Source: Occultella glacieicola (GTDB taxonomy: Bacteria > Actinomycetota > Actinomycetes > Actinomycetales > Beutenbergiaceae). From it: a stretch of DNA of 64,000 nucleotides. The stretch covers positions 310,001 through 374,000 of the forward strand of contig NZ_SMNA01000003.1 in the NCBI RefSeq assembly GCF_004353825.1, in the 5' to 3' direction. The notes below the pieces were generated by a model. It made no database searches. It had not been told where the DNA came from and saw only the letters and a program-made list of their open reading frames with translations. The position numbers and the translations under genes are program-made. Below are positions 32,008 through 40,979 of this stretch, piece by piece. The stretch's first letter is position 1. Each line of letters begins with the position of its first letter.

Positions 32008-32859
32008 ATGGACATTCCCCGAGGTGCTGTCATCGTCGGATACGACGGCTCGCCGGACGCCGATCTGGCCGTGGAGTGGGCGGACCGGGCCGCTGCGGAG
32101 CAGTCCGTTCCCCTGCATCTGATCTGCTCGGTCTTCGACGCCTCCGCCGTGTCCTACTCGGCCTCGGCCGCCTGGTACGACCTACGGCTGACGTCGCTGC
32201 GCGACTCGCTGGAGCGACGCCTGGAGGGCCTCACCGCCCGGGCGGTCACCTCCGAGATCATCACCGGGCCGCCGGTCCCGGCCCTGGTGGAAGCCTCCCG
32301 CGGCGCCGCCATGGTGGTGGTCGGGGCGCGCGGCCACAGCCTCGCCGGCGGTCTCCTGCTCGGCTCGGTGAGCCAGCACGTCAGCCGCCACGCCGAATCC
32401 CCCGTCGTGGTGGTCAGAGCTCCTGCCGATCCGCACGCCACCCGGATCGTGGTGGGGGTCGACGGCTCAGGAGGCTCCGGGGCCGCGCTGGACTTCGCGT
32501 TCGCGCATGCGGCTCGCACCGGCGCACCGCTGCGCGCGGTCTACGGGTGGTGGCACACCCGGGCCGGGCGGGTGGAGGGGCTCGGCGCCCCGATCAATGA
32601 CATCGGCGCCGCAATCGCCTCCGGCGAGCGGATCCTCGCCCAGGCGATGGCCGGGCAGCGCACGGCCGAACCCGACGTGGTCGTGGAGACGATCGTGCTG
32701 CCCACACCCCCGTCGGTGCTGCTCGCCGAGGAGTCCTCGACCGCCGCACTCGTCGTGGTCGGGTCCAGGGGGCGAGGGGCGTTCAAGGGCATGCTGCTCG
32801 GCTCGGTCAGCCAGGACGTGCTGCGGACCGCGCGGTGCCCGGTCGCGGTGGTCCGGTAG
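32008..32859 (+). CDS. Universal stress protein (tandem Usp domains)
   Basis: Two units of IVGxDGS ... VVGxRG...LLGSVSQ...PVxVVR. Confidence 0.92.
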   Translation: MDIPRGAVIVGYDGSPDADLAVEWADRAAAEQSVPLHLICSVFDASAVSYSASAAWYDLRLTSLRDSLERRLEGLTARAVTSEIITGPPVPALVEASRGAAMVVVGARGHSLAGGLLLGSVSQHVSRHAESPVVVVRAPADPHATRIVVGVDGSGGSGAALDFAFAHAARTGAPLRAVYGWWHTRAGRVEGLGAPINDIGAAIASGERILAQAMAGQRTAEPDVVVETIVLPTPPSVLLAEESSTAALVVVGSRGRGAFKGMLLGSVSQDVLRTARCPVAVVR

Positions 32860-32938
32860 GCCGGGCCGTTCCGGCCCGAGAGAGCGCAAGCGGCAGCCAC
32901 AACAGCGCACTCACCGGGATGCGTCGAAGGTGCCGGTC

Positions 32939-32977
32939 GTGAGAGTGCGGAGGTGGCGACCACTTCCGCACTCTCAC
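32939..32977. repeat. REP-like hairpin / bidirectional terminator
   Basis: GTGAGAGTGCGGAGGTGG-cga-CCACTTCCGCACTCTCAC (18-bp stem, one G-U) between convergent genes. A degenerate copy lies at about 32878-32918. Confidence 0.75.
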
Positions 32978-32984
32978 CGGGGTG

Positions 32985-33989
32985 TCAGCCCTTGATCGCG
33001 CCGAAGATGACTCCCTTCGTGAAGTGGCGCTGCACGAACGGGTAGACGACCAGCACCGGGATGATCGCGAGGACCATCACGGCCATCTTGACCGGCAGCC
33101 CGGTCACGGCGCCCGTCGCGACATCCACCTGACCGACCCCGGAACCGGGGAGGGTGACGCCCTGCAGCACGTACGAGCGCAGCACCAGCTGCAGGGGCCA
33201 CTTCGCGTTGTCGTTGATGTAGAGCATCGCGTTGAAGAACGCGTTCCAGTAGCCGACCCCGTAGAACAGGGCGACCACCGCCGTCACGGCCTTCGACATC
33301 GGCAGCACGATCTGGCCGAGCACCCGCCACTCCCCCGCGCCGTCGATCCGCGCGGCATCGGTGATGCCGGGGTCGATGCCCATGAAGAAGTTGCGCAGCA
33401 GGAGCACGTTGAACGCCGAGACCGCACCGGGCAGGATCAGCGACCAGTAGGTGTCGATCAGGCCGAGGTTGCTCACGAGCAGGTAGGTCGGGATCATGCC
33501 GGCCCCGAAGAACATGGTGATCAGCAGCACGAACAGGATCGGGCGGTGCCCGAACGAGGTCGGCCTGGACAGCCCGTAGGCGCACAGGATCGAGACCGTC
33601 GTGGACAGCAGGGTGCCGACCGCGGTGATGCCGATGCTCACCAGCGTCGCCCTGGTCACGATGCCGCCGGCGAGGATCTGCCGGTAGGCGGCCGTGGTGA
33701 CCTCGGTCGGCACGGTGACCAGCCCGCCAGCCTGGGTGACCGCCGCGGTCGTGGACAGCGAGGTGATGATCACGGTGTACAGCGGATACACGACGGCGAG
33801 CACGATCAGGGCGAGCACGATCACCTTCGCGCCGGTCCCCAGCGCGGTGGGTCTCTCCTCCCAGACCGGGCGGTGCTTGGAACGGCGGGGACGACGGCGC
33901 GGGTCGGGCCGGGCAGAACCGGCGGCGGCCGCGTCGACGGGCGGGTGGGTGGCGGTGGCGGCCCCGTCGGGTCCGAGTGCGGTACTCAT
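32985..33989 (-). CDS. Carbohydrate ABC transporter permease (MalG/LplC-like)
   Basis: TM helices, DAARIDGAGE (EAA loop), and YPFVQRHFTKGVIFGAIKG ending. Confidence 0.92.
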   Translation of the reverse strand: MSTALGPDGAATATHPPVDAAAAGSARPDPRRRPRRSKHRPVWEERPTALGTGAKVIVLALIVLAVVYPLYTVIITSLSTTAAVTQAGGLVTVPTEVTTAAYRQILAGGIVTRATLVSIGITAVGTLLSTTVSILCAYGLSRPTSFGHRPILFVLLITMFFGAGMIPTYLLVSNLGLIDTYWSLILPGAVSAFNVLLLRNFFMGIDPGITDAARIDGAGEWRVLGQIVLPMSKAVTAVVALFYGVGYWNAFFNAMLYINDNAKWPLQLVLRSYVLQGVTLPGSGVGQVDVATGAVTGLPVKMAVMVLAIIPVLVVYPFVQRHFTKGVIFGAIKG

Positions 33990-35005
33990 GCGCGCTTGTA
34001 CACCCCAGCTTCTCCGAAGACATGGGCAATCTTGTTGGCGCCGAGCACCAGGATCAGGCTCACGATGCCCTTGACGAGCCCCGCGGCGGCGGCGAAGCTC
34101 CAGTCGCCGTTGATCACGCCCTGGTAGTAGACGAACGTGTCGAGCACCTCCGCCACGCCGGCACCGACGGCGCCGCGCTGCAGGATCAACTGCTCGAAGC
34201 CGACGGTCAGGGCGTCGCCGAGCCGCAGGATGAGCAGCAGGATGATGACCGGGCGCAGCGCCGGCAGGGTGATGTGCCACATCCGTCGCCATCGGTTCGC
34301 GCCGTCCATCACCGAGGCCTCGTACAGCGCCGGGTCCACGGTGGACAGGGCCGCGAGGAAGATGATGATGCCCCAGCCCGCGTCCTTCCACACCGACTGC
34401 GCGGTGATCAGCAGCAGGAACGTGTCCGGGTTCGTCATGATGTCGAACCCGGAGAAGCCCGCTCCCTCGAGGATCCGGTGCAGCTGCCCGGCGCCGCCGA
34501 GCAACTGCTGGAAGATCGTGACCACGAGCACCCAGGAGAAGAAGTGCGGCAGATACACGACCGACTGGATCGTGGTGCGGATCGCCGGGGTGATCACGCT
34601 GTTCAGCAGCAGGGCGAGCGCGATCGGGATCGGGAAGAAGAACACGAGCTGGAACGCCGTGATGACCAGCGTATTGCGGACCGCGTCCCAGAACAGCGGG
34701 TTCGTGAAGACGCGCTCGAAGTTCCACCAGCCCACGAACGGGGAGTCGAGGATGCCCACGTAGGGCGAGTAGTCCTGCCAGGCGATCACGTTGCCGAGCA
34801 TCGGCACGTACGCGAACACCCCGAGCAGGACGATCACCGGGACGGTCATCAGCAGCAGCGACCGGTCCCGCTTGATCCGGGTCCAGACGCTCCGGCGGCG
34901 TGGTCGCGGCGGGCCGGTCGGGGCGGGCCCGGCGCCGCCGGGCCCGGACCGGTCGACGGGTTCGGCGTGGTCGGTCACGTCGGTGGGCACCGTCCGGGTC
35001 GTCAC
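33986..35005 (-). CDS. Carbohydrate ABC transporter permease (LplB-like)
   Basis: YLPHFFSWV, WKDAGWGIIIFLAAL and LYEASVMDGA. Confidence 0.92.
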   Translation of the reverse strand: MTTRTVPTDVTDHAEPVDRSGPGGAGPAPTGPPRPRRRSVWTRIKRDRSLLLMTVPVIVLLGVFAYVPMLGNVIAWQDYSPYVGILDSPFVGWWNFERVFTNPLFWDAVRNTLVITAFQLVFFFPIPIALALLLNSVITPAIRTTIQSVVYLPHFFSWVLVVTIFQQLLGGAGQLHRILEGAGFSGFDIMTNPDTFLLLITAQSVWKDAGWGIIIFLAALSTVDPALYEASVMDGANRWRRMWHITLPALRPVIILLLILRLGDALTVGFEQLILQRGAVGAGVAEVLDTFVYYQGVINGDWSFAAAAGLVKGIVSLILVLGANKIAHVFGEAGVYKRA

Positions 35006-36651
35006 TGCGCGTCCAGGATGTCGGTGTAGAAGGCGCGCAGTTCCTCACCGCCCGAGGTCTTCCAGGTCTCGATGGCGGCGTCCAGGTCCGCCATCGACTT
35101 GCGGCCGCGGGAGATGTCCTTCTCGAGGTCTTCGAACGGCTGGGCCAGGGACGCGTACTGGGTCGGCTCGGTGATCTGCATCCCGAAGAACGCCGGGTCG
35201 TTCACGTACTGGGCGGCGTCGGCCATCCAGGTGCAGAACGCCTCGACGAACCCCGGATACTGCACCTTGGCGTTCACCACGGGCGGGTCGGTCAGGAAGA
35301 TGTAGGTGGGCTGCACCTCGGTGGCGGCCAGTTCGGTGGCCACCGGCAGGCCGTTCGCGTCCACGCTGAAGTGCAGGTCCTCGAGCCCGAAGTTGATCAG
35401 TTCGAACTCGGTGGTGCCGAACGGAGAGGCGAGGAAGTCGGCGACCGCGAGCAGTTCCTCGATCTTCGCAGGATCGGAGTTCTTCTTGAGGAACGAGAAG
35501 ATGTTGGCCGGGTTCCCCTTCCACAGGACCGGGGTGCCGCCGTCGGCCGCGAACGGGGTGAACGGACGCTGGGAGTACGTCGGGTTGGACGCCAGCTGCC
35601 GGCCGAGCGCCTCGTGCCAGCCGCCGACGCCGTCGTTGCTGATCAGGACCTGGCCGGACTCGAATCGGGTCTTGGCATCCCCGGAGTTGTCCGCGACCGC
35701 ATCCGGGTGCACGGAGCCCTGCGCGAACAGCGCGGCGTTCCACTCCAGCGCGGCCCGGTACTCGTCGGTCTCGACGCGGTGGGTGAGCGTGCCGTCGTCG
35801 TTGATCCGCCACTTCGGAACCACGCCGTGGATGATCACCGAGGAGTTCCACAGGTCGTTGGCCGCCCACCGGTCGCCGCCGGTCAGTTCCTTGGCCAGGT
35901 CGAGCAGCTCCTGACCGTTCGCCGGCTGGCCGGTGTACCCCTCCGCCTCGAGGACGTCGTCGCGGTAGAAGATCGCGTCGGTGATGATCTCGCCCGGGAA
36001 CGGGAGCGCCTTGAGCTGGCCGTCGAAGACGCAGAACTTCCAGACGTCGGTGGGGATGTTCGCCAGGTTCGGGTACTTCTCCACGGCCGAGCCGGCCAGG
36101 AACGGGGTGAGGTCCTCGAACAGGGCCTCGACGGCCTGGTCGAACCGCGGCGGGATGTTCCAGGTGGGGATCGAGACCCAGTCCGGCACGTCCCGCTCGG
36201 AGGCGAGCACGGCCGCGAGCTTGTCGCCGTAGGCGTTGCCGTCACTGATCTGGAACTGGATCGTGGAGCCGATGGCCGCGTTCACGGCGTCGAAGTACTG
36301 GTTGCCCTCGGTGGGCGGGATCGCGCCCCAGAGCGGCGTCATCGCGGTGAACTCCGACCCGGATCCGGGCGGAGCGTCGAACACCTGCACCAGGTCCGTC
36401 GGGATCGTCGCGTACCCGGCCGTGGAGCCGTTCACACTCGGGAAGTCCGGTTCCACGTAGTCGATCGGGATGTAGTCGGGCAGCGCGCTCGTCACGTCGC
36501 CGCCGCTCGGGTCGCCGGCACCGCCGGGTGCTTCCGAGCTGCAGCCGGCGAGGACGGCCGGGGTTGCCGCACCAACGCCGAGGAGGGTCAGGAACGAGCG
36601 CCGGTTCAACGGCAGCACTCGGGTCGCGTCTGAGTCCAGGTTCATGTTCAT
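35002..36651 (-). CDS. Carbohydrate ABC transporter solute-binding lipoprotein (Tat signal)
   Basis: NRRSFL twin-arginine motif, LAGC lipobox, and position at the head of the permease operon. The exact start is uncertain (36645, 36651 or 36663). Confidence 0.88.
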   Translation of the reverse strand: MNMNLDSDATRVLPLNRRSFLTLLGVGAATPAVLAGCSSEAPGGAGDPSGGDVTSALPDYIPIDYVEPDFPSVNGSTAGYATIPTDLVQVFDAPPGSGSEFTAMTPLWGAIPPTEGNQYFDAVNAAIGSTIQFQISDGNAYGDKLAAVLASERDVPDWVSIPTWNIPPRFDQAVEALFEDLTPFLAGSAVEKYPNLANIPTDVWKFCVFDGQLKALPFPGEIITDAIFYRDDVLEAEGYTGQPANGQELLDLAKELTGGDRWAANDLWNSSVIIHGVVPKWRINDDGTLTHRVETDEYRAALEWNAALFAQGSVHPDAVADNSGDAKTRFESGQVLISNDGVGGWHEALGRQLASNPTYSQRPFTPFAADGGTPVLWKGNPANIFSFLKKNSDPAKIEELLAVADFLASPFGTTEFELINFGLEDLHFSVDANGLPVATELAATEVQPTYIFLTDPPVVNAKVQYPGFVEAFCTWMADAAQYVNDPAFFGMQITEPTQYASLAQPFEDLEKDISRGRKSMADLDAAIETWKTSGGEELRAFYTDILDAQ

Positions 36652-36711
36652 GTTCGCGTTCACTCCTTCGTGGATGGCGGCCGCTCACACGCTGCGCCTC
36701 TGTGCGCCGTC

Positions 36712-36740
36712 GTCGAAGCGGTTCGAACGCCTCGATGGTA
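36712..36740 (-). promoter_or_regulatory. Operator GTCGAAGCGGTTCGAA plus overlapping half-sites beside candidate -10 TACCAT of the ABC operon
   Basis: TCGAAGCGGTTCGA at 36713-36726. ATGGTA at 36735-36740 reads TACCAT on the minus strand. Confidence 0.7.
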
Positions 36741-36890
36741 GGGCACCGTGCACAGACCTGGCAACCGCCTGGATCGTGGACGTCCGGCGGCTGGATCGTC
36801 GACGGGCGAACCGCCATAATGAAACGAGATGACCGCACCTCAGACCGCCCACGAGAAGCGCTCGAAGCCGCCGATGGCGGCGGTACCTTC

Positions 36891-36906
36891 ATCGAACCGA
36901 TTCGAA
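36891..36906 (+). promoter_or_regulatory. Operator ATCGAACCGATTCGAA in the GH3 leader
   Basis: Fits TCGAAnCGnTTCGA and lies downstream of candidate -10 CATAAT (36815-36820). Confidence 0.7.
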
Positions 36907-36947
36907 CCCGGATCGCTCTCACGACGTCAGGCAAAGGAGCACCGACG

Positions 36948-39803
36948 GTGCCGCAGTCGAACCCGGCAGAACCCCCCGCGGACGCGAGCGGCGTCCGTTC
37001 CCGCGACTCCCTCGACTCCCTCGTCCATGACCTGCTCGCCCGGCTCACCGACGACGAGAAGGTGGCCATGCTGCACCAGGCGAGTCCCGCCGTCGGGCGC
37101 CTCGGCCTGTTGCCGTTCCACACCGGCGCGGAGGCCCTGCACGGGGTCGCCTGGCTCGGTCGGGCCACGTTGTACCCGCAGCCCGTCGGCCTCGCCGCGA
37201 GCTGGGACCCGGATCTGCTGCGCCGGATCGGGGACCAGGTCGGCACCGAGCTGCGCGCCAAGCACGCCGCCGACCCGACGGTCAGCCGGAATGTGTGGGC
37301 GCCGGTGGTGAACCCGTTGCGGCACCCACTCTGGGGCCGCAACGAGGAGGGCTACTCCGAGGATCCGCACCTGACCGCCGACCTCGGCACCGCCTACGCC
37401 CGCGGGCTGCGGGGTGAGGACACCCGGATCTGGCGCACCGTGCCGACGCTCAAGCACTTCCTCGCCTACAACAACGAGACCGACCGTGCGGTCACCTCCT
37501 CGCAGTTGCGCCCGCGTGTGCTGCACGAGTACGAGTTGCCGGCGTACCGGGGCCCGATCGAGGCCGGGGTGGTGGGAGCGGTGATGCCCTCCTACAACCT
37601 GGTCAACGGTCGGCCGAACCATGTCGCGCGCGAGTTGCTGGAGCTGTTGCGGTCCTGGACCGAGGAGTCGGTGCTGGTGGTCTCCGACGCCGGCGCGCCC
37701 ACGAACCTGAGTGTCGCCGAGCGCTACCACCCGGACCCGGTCGTGGCGCACGCGGCGGCACTCGTGGCCGGGGTGGACTCGTTCACGGACAACGGGCCGG
37801 ACCCGGCGCCCACGATCGCCCTGATCAGGCAGGCGCTCGAGCGGGGCCTGATCACGATGGCCGACGTCGACCGCGCCGTCACCCGGGTGCTGACCGTACG
37901 CGCCAACTCCGGTGAGTTCGACACCGAGGACCCCTACGACGCCATCACCGCCGAGCACCTCGACCTGCCTACGCACCGTGAGCTCGCCAGGGAGGCCGCC
38001 GGGCGGGCCGTGGTGGTGCTGCGCAACACGGGGGTGCTGCCGCTCGCGCCGGTGGGCTCGGTGGCGGTGATCGGGCCGCTCGCGGGCCGGGTGCTGCCGG
38101 ACTGGTACGCGGGCACCCCGCCGTACACGGTGAGCCTCGCCGACGCTGTCCGGGCGCGCTGGGGCGCGACCGATCCCGGGGACGTCAGCGTGCTGGACGG
38201 CTCGGACCGGGTCGCGCTGCGCTCGGTCGGCACCGGCGCCTACCTGCGGGCCGGTGCCGACCGGGTCCTGGTCGCCGACGCCGCCGACGTCGCCGCGAGG
38301 GCCGGCGAGGACGTGCTCTGGGACGTCACCGACTGGGGGCACGGGGTGCTCACCCTGGCCGGTGCGACCACCGGCCTGCTCCTGCGTGCGGACGGCGAGC
38401 GGGTCCTGGCCGATGCGACCCGGCCCCAGGGCTGGGTGGTGGGCGAGTCCTGGCGGGCGCACCGGCACCCCGACGACACCTGGTCCCTCCAGCACCTCGG
38501 CACCGGCCGGTGGCTGCGCGCGGACGCGTATGGCAGTGGGGTCGGCGCCACCGCCGCGAGCGTGGACGAGGCCGAGCGGTTCGTCCGCCGGCTCGTGCGC
38601 TCAGGCGCCGAAGAGGCCGCCGCCGCCGCCGTTGACGCGGACGTGGTGCTGTGCGCCGTCGGCAACGACCCGCACCTGCTCGGCCGGGAGACGCAGGACC
38701 GGCCCGCCCTCGACCTGCCGGCGCCGATGGCCGAACTGTGGCGCACCGTCCGGGAGGCGAACCCGGCCGCGGTGCTGGTCCTGGTCTCGAGCTACCCGTA
38801 CGCGCTCGACGCCGCCGCCCGCGACGCCGCCGCGATCGTGTGGACCGGCCACGGCGGCCAGGAGGCCGGCAACGGGCTGCTGGACGTGCTCCTCGGCGAG
38901 GTCGAGCCGAGCGGCCGGCTCCCGCAGACCTGGTGGCGCAGCGAGGCCGACGCGGGCGACCTGCTCGACTACGACATCCTCGGTGCGGGCACCACCTATT
39001 GGTACTGCGACGCCGAACCGCAGTTCGCGTTCGGGCACGGGCTCACCTACGCCCAGGTGTGCTACGACGCCCTGTCGGTGGAACCGGACGGCGACGGCGT
39101 GCTCGCCCGGGTGAGCGTGTCGAACACCGGGGACCGGCCGGCCACCGAGGTGGTCCAGGTCTACACCGACTCCCCCGACCACCCGGTGCGGTTCCCGCGC
39201 CGCCTCGCCGCCCATGCCCGGGTCCCGCTCGCGCCCGGTGAGCACCGCACCGTGTCCCTGCGGGTCCCCGCCGAGCGGTTCGCGGTCTGGGACACCACCC
39301 GCCACGCCATGACGGTCCTGGCCGCCGACTACCGGGTGCTGGCCGGACCGAGCGCCGCCGACACCCCCCTACGCGCACGCCTCACGCTCGACGGCGAGCC
39401 GGCTGCCCCGCACCGGCTGCCGCTGCGCGCGGTCGACTTCGACACCCACCACGGCACCCGGATCGAGGAGGCCACCCTGGCCACGGGCGAGGTGATCACC
39501 GCGCCGTCGGGCTCGGGATGGCTGGAGTTCACCGCCGTCGAGGGTCTCGCCGAGGCGGCCGTGGTCACCGTCGCCCGCACGGCGCCGGGACCGGCCTCGG
39601 TGACCCTGGAGACGGTCGCCGACGGCGGAGCGCGCCCGTTCGCGCGGGCGGCGGTCCCCGAGGGGCTGGGTCGGCACGACCTCACCGAGGTGGTGCTGGA
39701 ACCCGTACGGTCCATCGGGCGGCCGGTCACGGGACGGACGCCGGGCCTGCGGGTGGTGCTGACCGGCCCGGTGCGCCTGGCCGGGTTCGGCGTCGGGCGA
39801 TGA
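36948..39803 (+). CDS. GH3 beta-glucosidase/beta-xylosidase with inserted beta-trefoil-like domain and C-terminal CBM-like domain
   Basis: EALHGVAW, WGRNEEGYSEDP, LKHF, VVSDAG, VVLRN, EPSGRLPQTW, FGHGLTY and EVVQVY. AAGGAG RBS before GTG 36948. Confidence 0.9.
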   Translation: MPQSNPAEPPADASGVRSRDSLDSLVHDLLARLTDDEKVAMLHQASPAVGRLGLLPFHTGAEALHGVAWLGRATLYPQPVGLAASWDPDLLRRIGDQVGTELRAKHAADPTVSRNVWAPVVNPLRHPLWGRNEEGYSEDPHLTADLGTAYARGLRGEDTRIWRTVPTLKHFLAYNNETDRAVTSSQLRPRVLHEYELPAYRGPIEAGVVGAVMPSYNLVNGRPNHVARELLELLRSWTEESVLVVSDAGAPTNLSVAERYHPDPVVAHAAALVAGVDSFTDNGPDPAPTIALIRQALERGLITMADVDRAVTRVLTVRANSGEFDTEDPYDAITAEHLDLPTHRELAREAAGRAVVVLRNTGVLPLAPVGSVAVIGPLAGRVLPDWYAGTPPYTVSLADAVRARWGATDPGDVSVLDGSDRVALRSVGTGAYLRAGADRVLVADAADVAARAGEDVLWDVTDWGHGVLTLAGATTGLLLRADGERVLADATRPQGWVVGESWRAHRHPDDTWSLQHLGTGRWLRADAYGSGVGATAASVDEAERFVRRLVRSGAEEAAAAAVDADVVLCAVGNDPHLLGRETQDRPALDLPAPMAELWRTVREANPAAVLVLVSSYPYALDAAARDAAAIVWTGHGGQEAGNGLLDVLLGEVEPSGRLPQTWWRSEADAGDLLDYDILGAGTTYWYCDAEPQFAFGHGLTYAQVCYDALSVEPDGDGVLARVSVSNTGDRPATEVVQVYTDSPDHPVRFPRRLAAHARVPLAPGEHRTVSLRVPAERFAVWDTTRHAMTVLAADYRVLAGPSAADTPLRARLTLDGEPAAPHRLPLRAVDFDTHHGTRIEEATLATGEVITAPSGSGWLEFTAVEGLAEAAVVTVARTAPGPASVTLETVADGGARPFARAAVPEGLGRHDLTEVVLEPVRSIGRPVTGRTPGLRVVLTGPVRLAGFGVGR

Positions 39804-39944
39804 CCGGTCGGCTGCCCGAGCACCGGATCCGGGTGCCGCTGGACGTGCATGCGGGGAATCGCTGACGTTCTTTCGCCCCGCTGGTGAACTTCCGGATCGG
39901 GGCACCACGACTCGTCTGAGCCCAAGACCGCCGTCCGGTTGCGG

Positions 39945-40979
39945 CTACCGGGCCAGCCGCTCGACGATCGCCCCGTACAGCGGCGGGACCCGGGCCGCGA
40001 CCGGCACGATGGCAGCGCGCCCGGGTGAGGTGGCCCAGCGCACCAGGCCACTGGTGAGCAGCCGGTAGTCCCGGGTCGCCCGGGCCCAGGCCCGTTCGTA
40101 CGCCTCGGGGCCGTCGTCGAGGGTCGCCACCGCGGCCCGGGCCTGGGCCAGGCCGACGCTCAGGCCCTCACCGGTCAGCGCGTCGACGTAGCCGGACGCG
40201 TCTCCGACGAGCCGGATCCGCCCTGCCACCCGTCGGCGGGAGCGTTGCTGCAACGGACCGGCTCCGCGGACCGGTCCGAGCGGCTCCGTGCCGCGCAGCC
40301 GGGCCCGGATCTCGGGGAACGTGGCGAGGGCGTCCATGTAGTCGACGCCGGCCGGACCGAGCAACGCCACCCCGACCGTGTCATCGGCGACGGGCGTCAC
40401 GTAGGCCTCCACCCCAGCGCCCCAGTGCACCTCGACGAGGTCGGTCCAGGCAGCCACCCGGAAGTGCCGACGCAGTCCGAACCGGCGGCGGTCCCGCGCT
40501 CCTCGGGGCGCGACCGCCAGGCCGGCGGCGCGACGGATGGTGGAGTGCAGGCCGTCGCACCCGATCAGGAACCGTGCCGCGACCCCCGCCGCCCGCACGC
40601 CGTCGGGCGACTGGCTGATCCGGTCCGCCCGGGCCCGCACATGCTCCACACCGAGGTCGATGCTGCGCGCGTACAGCGCCTCGTGCAACGTGGTGCGGCG
40701 AACCCCGCGACCGGGCCCGGTGACGAACAGGTGGTCCACGTGCCGGCGACGGTCCCGGTAACTGATGCCGGTCAGGGCGTGTCCGGCCGGGTCGACACCG
40801 AGCCGGTGCAGGCCCGCGAGCGCGCCGGGCATCAGACCCTCGCCGCATGCCTTGTCGATGGGAGCGGTGCGCGGCTCGACGACCACCACCTCACGGCCGG
40901 CCAGCCGGGCCTCGATCGCGACGGCCAGCCCTACCGGACCGCCCCCGACGACGAGGATGTCGGTGCTCGCCCGGCTCAC
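39945..40979 (-). CDS. FAD-dependent oxidoreductase (geranylgeranyl reductase/monooxygenase-like)
   Basis: VVGGGPVG, DKACGEGLMP, GCDGLHS and VGDASGYVDALTGEG. Confidence 0.88.
   Translation of the reverse strand: MSRASTDILVVGGGPVGLAVAIEARLAGREVVVVEPRTAPIDKACGEGLMPGALAGLHRLGVDPAGHALTGISYRDRRRHVDHLFVTGPGRGVRRTTLHEALYARSIDLGVEHVRARADRISQSPDGVRAAGVAARFLIGCDGLHSTIRRAAGLAVAPRGARDRRRFGLRRHFRVAAWTDLVEVHWGAGVEAYVTPVADDTVGVALLGPAGVDYMDALATFPEIRARLRGTEPLGPVRGAGPLQQRSRRRVAGRIRLVGDASGYVDALTGEGLSVGLAQARAAVATLDDGPEAYERAWARATRDYRLLTSGLVRWATSPGRAAIVPVAARVPPLYGAIVERLAR

Noticed and set aside
32985..35048. Apparent 687-aa ABC permease fusion
   Set aside because: The upstream half is an off-frame overlap of the 33986-35005 permease. 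The real start is ATG 33989.
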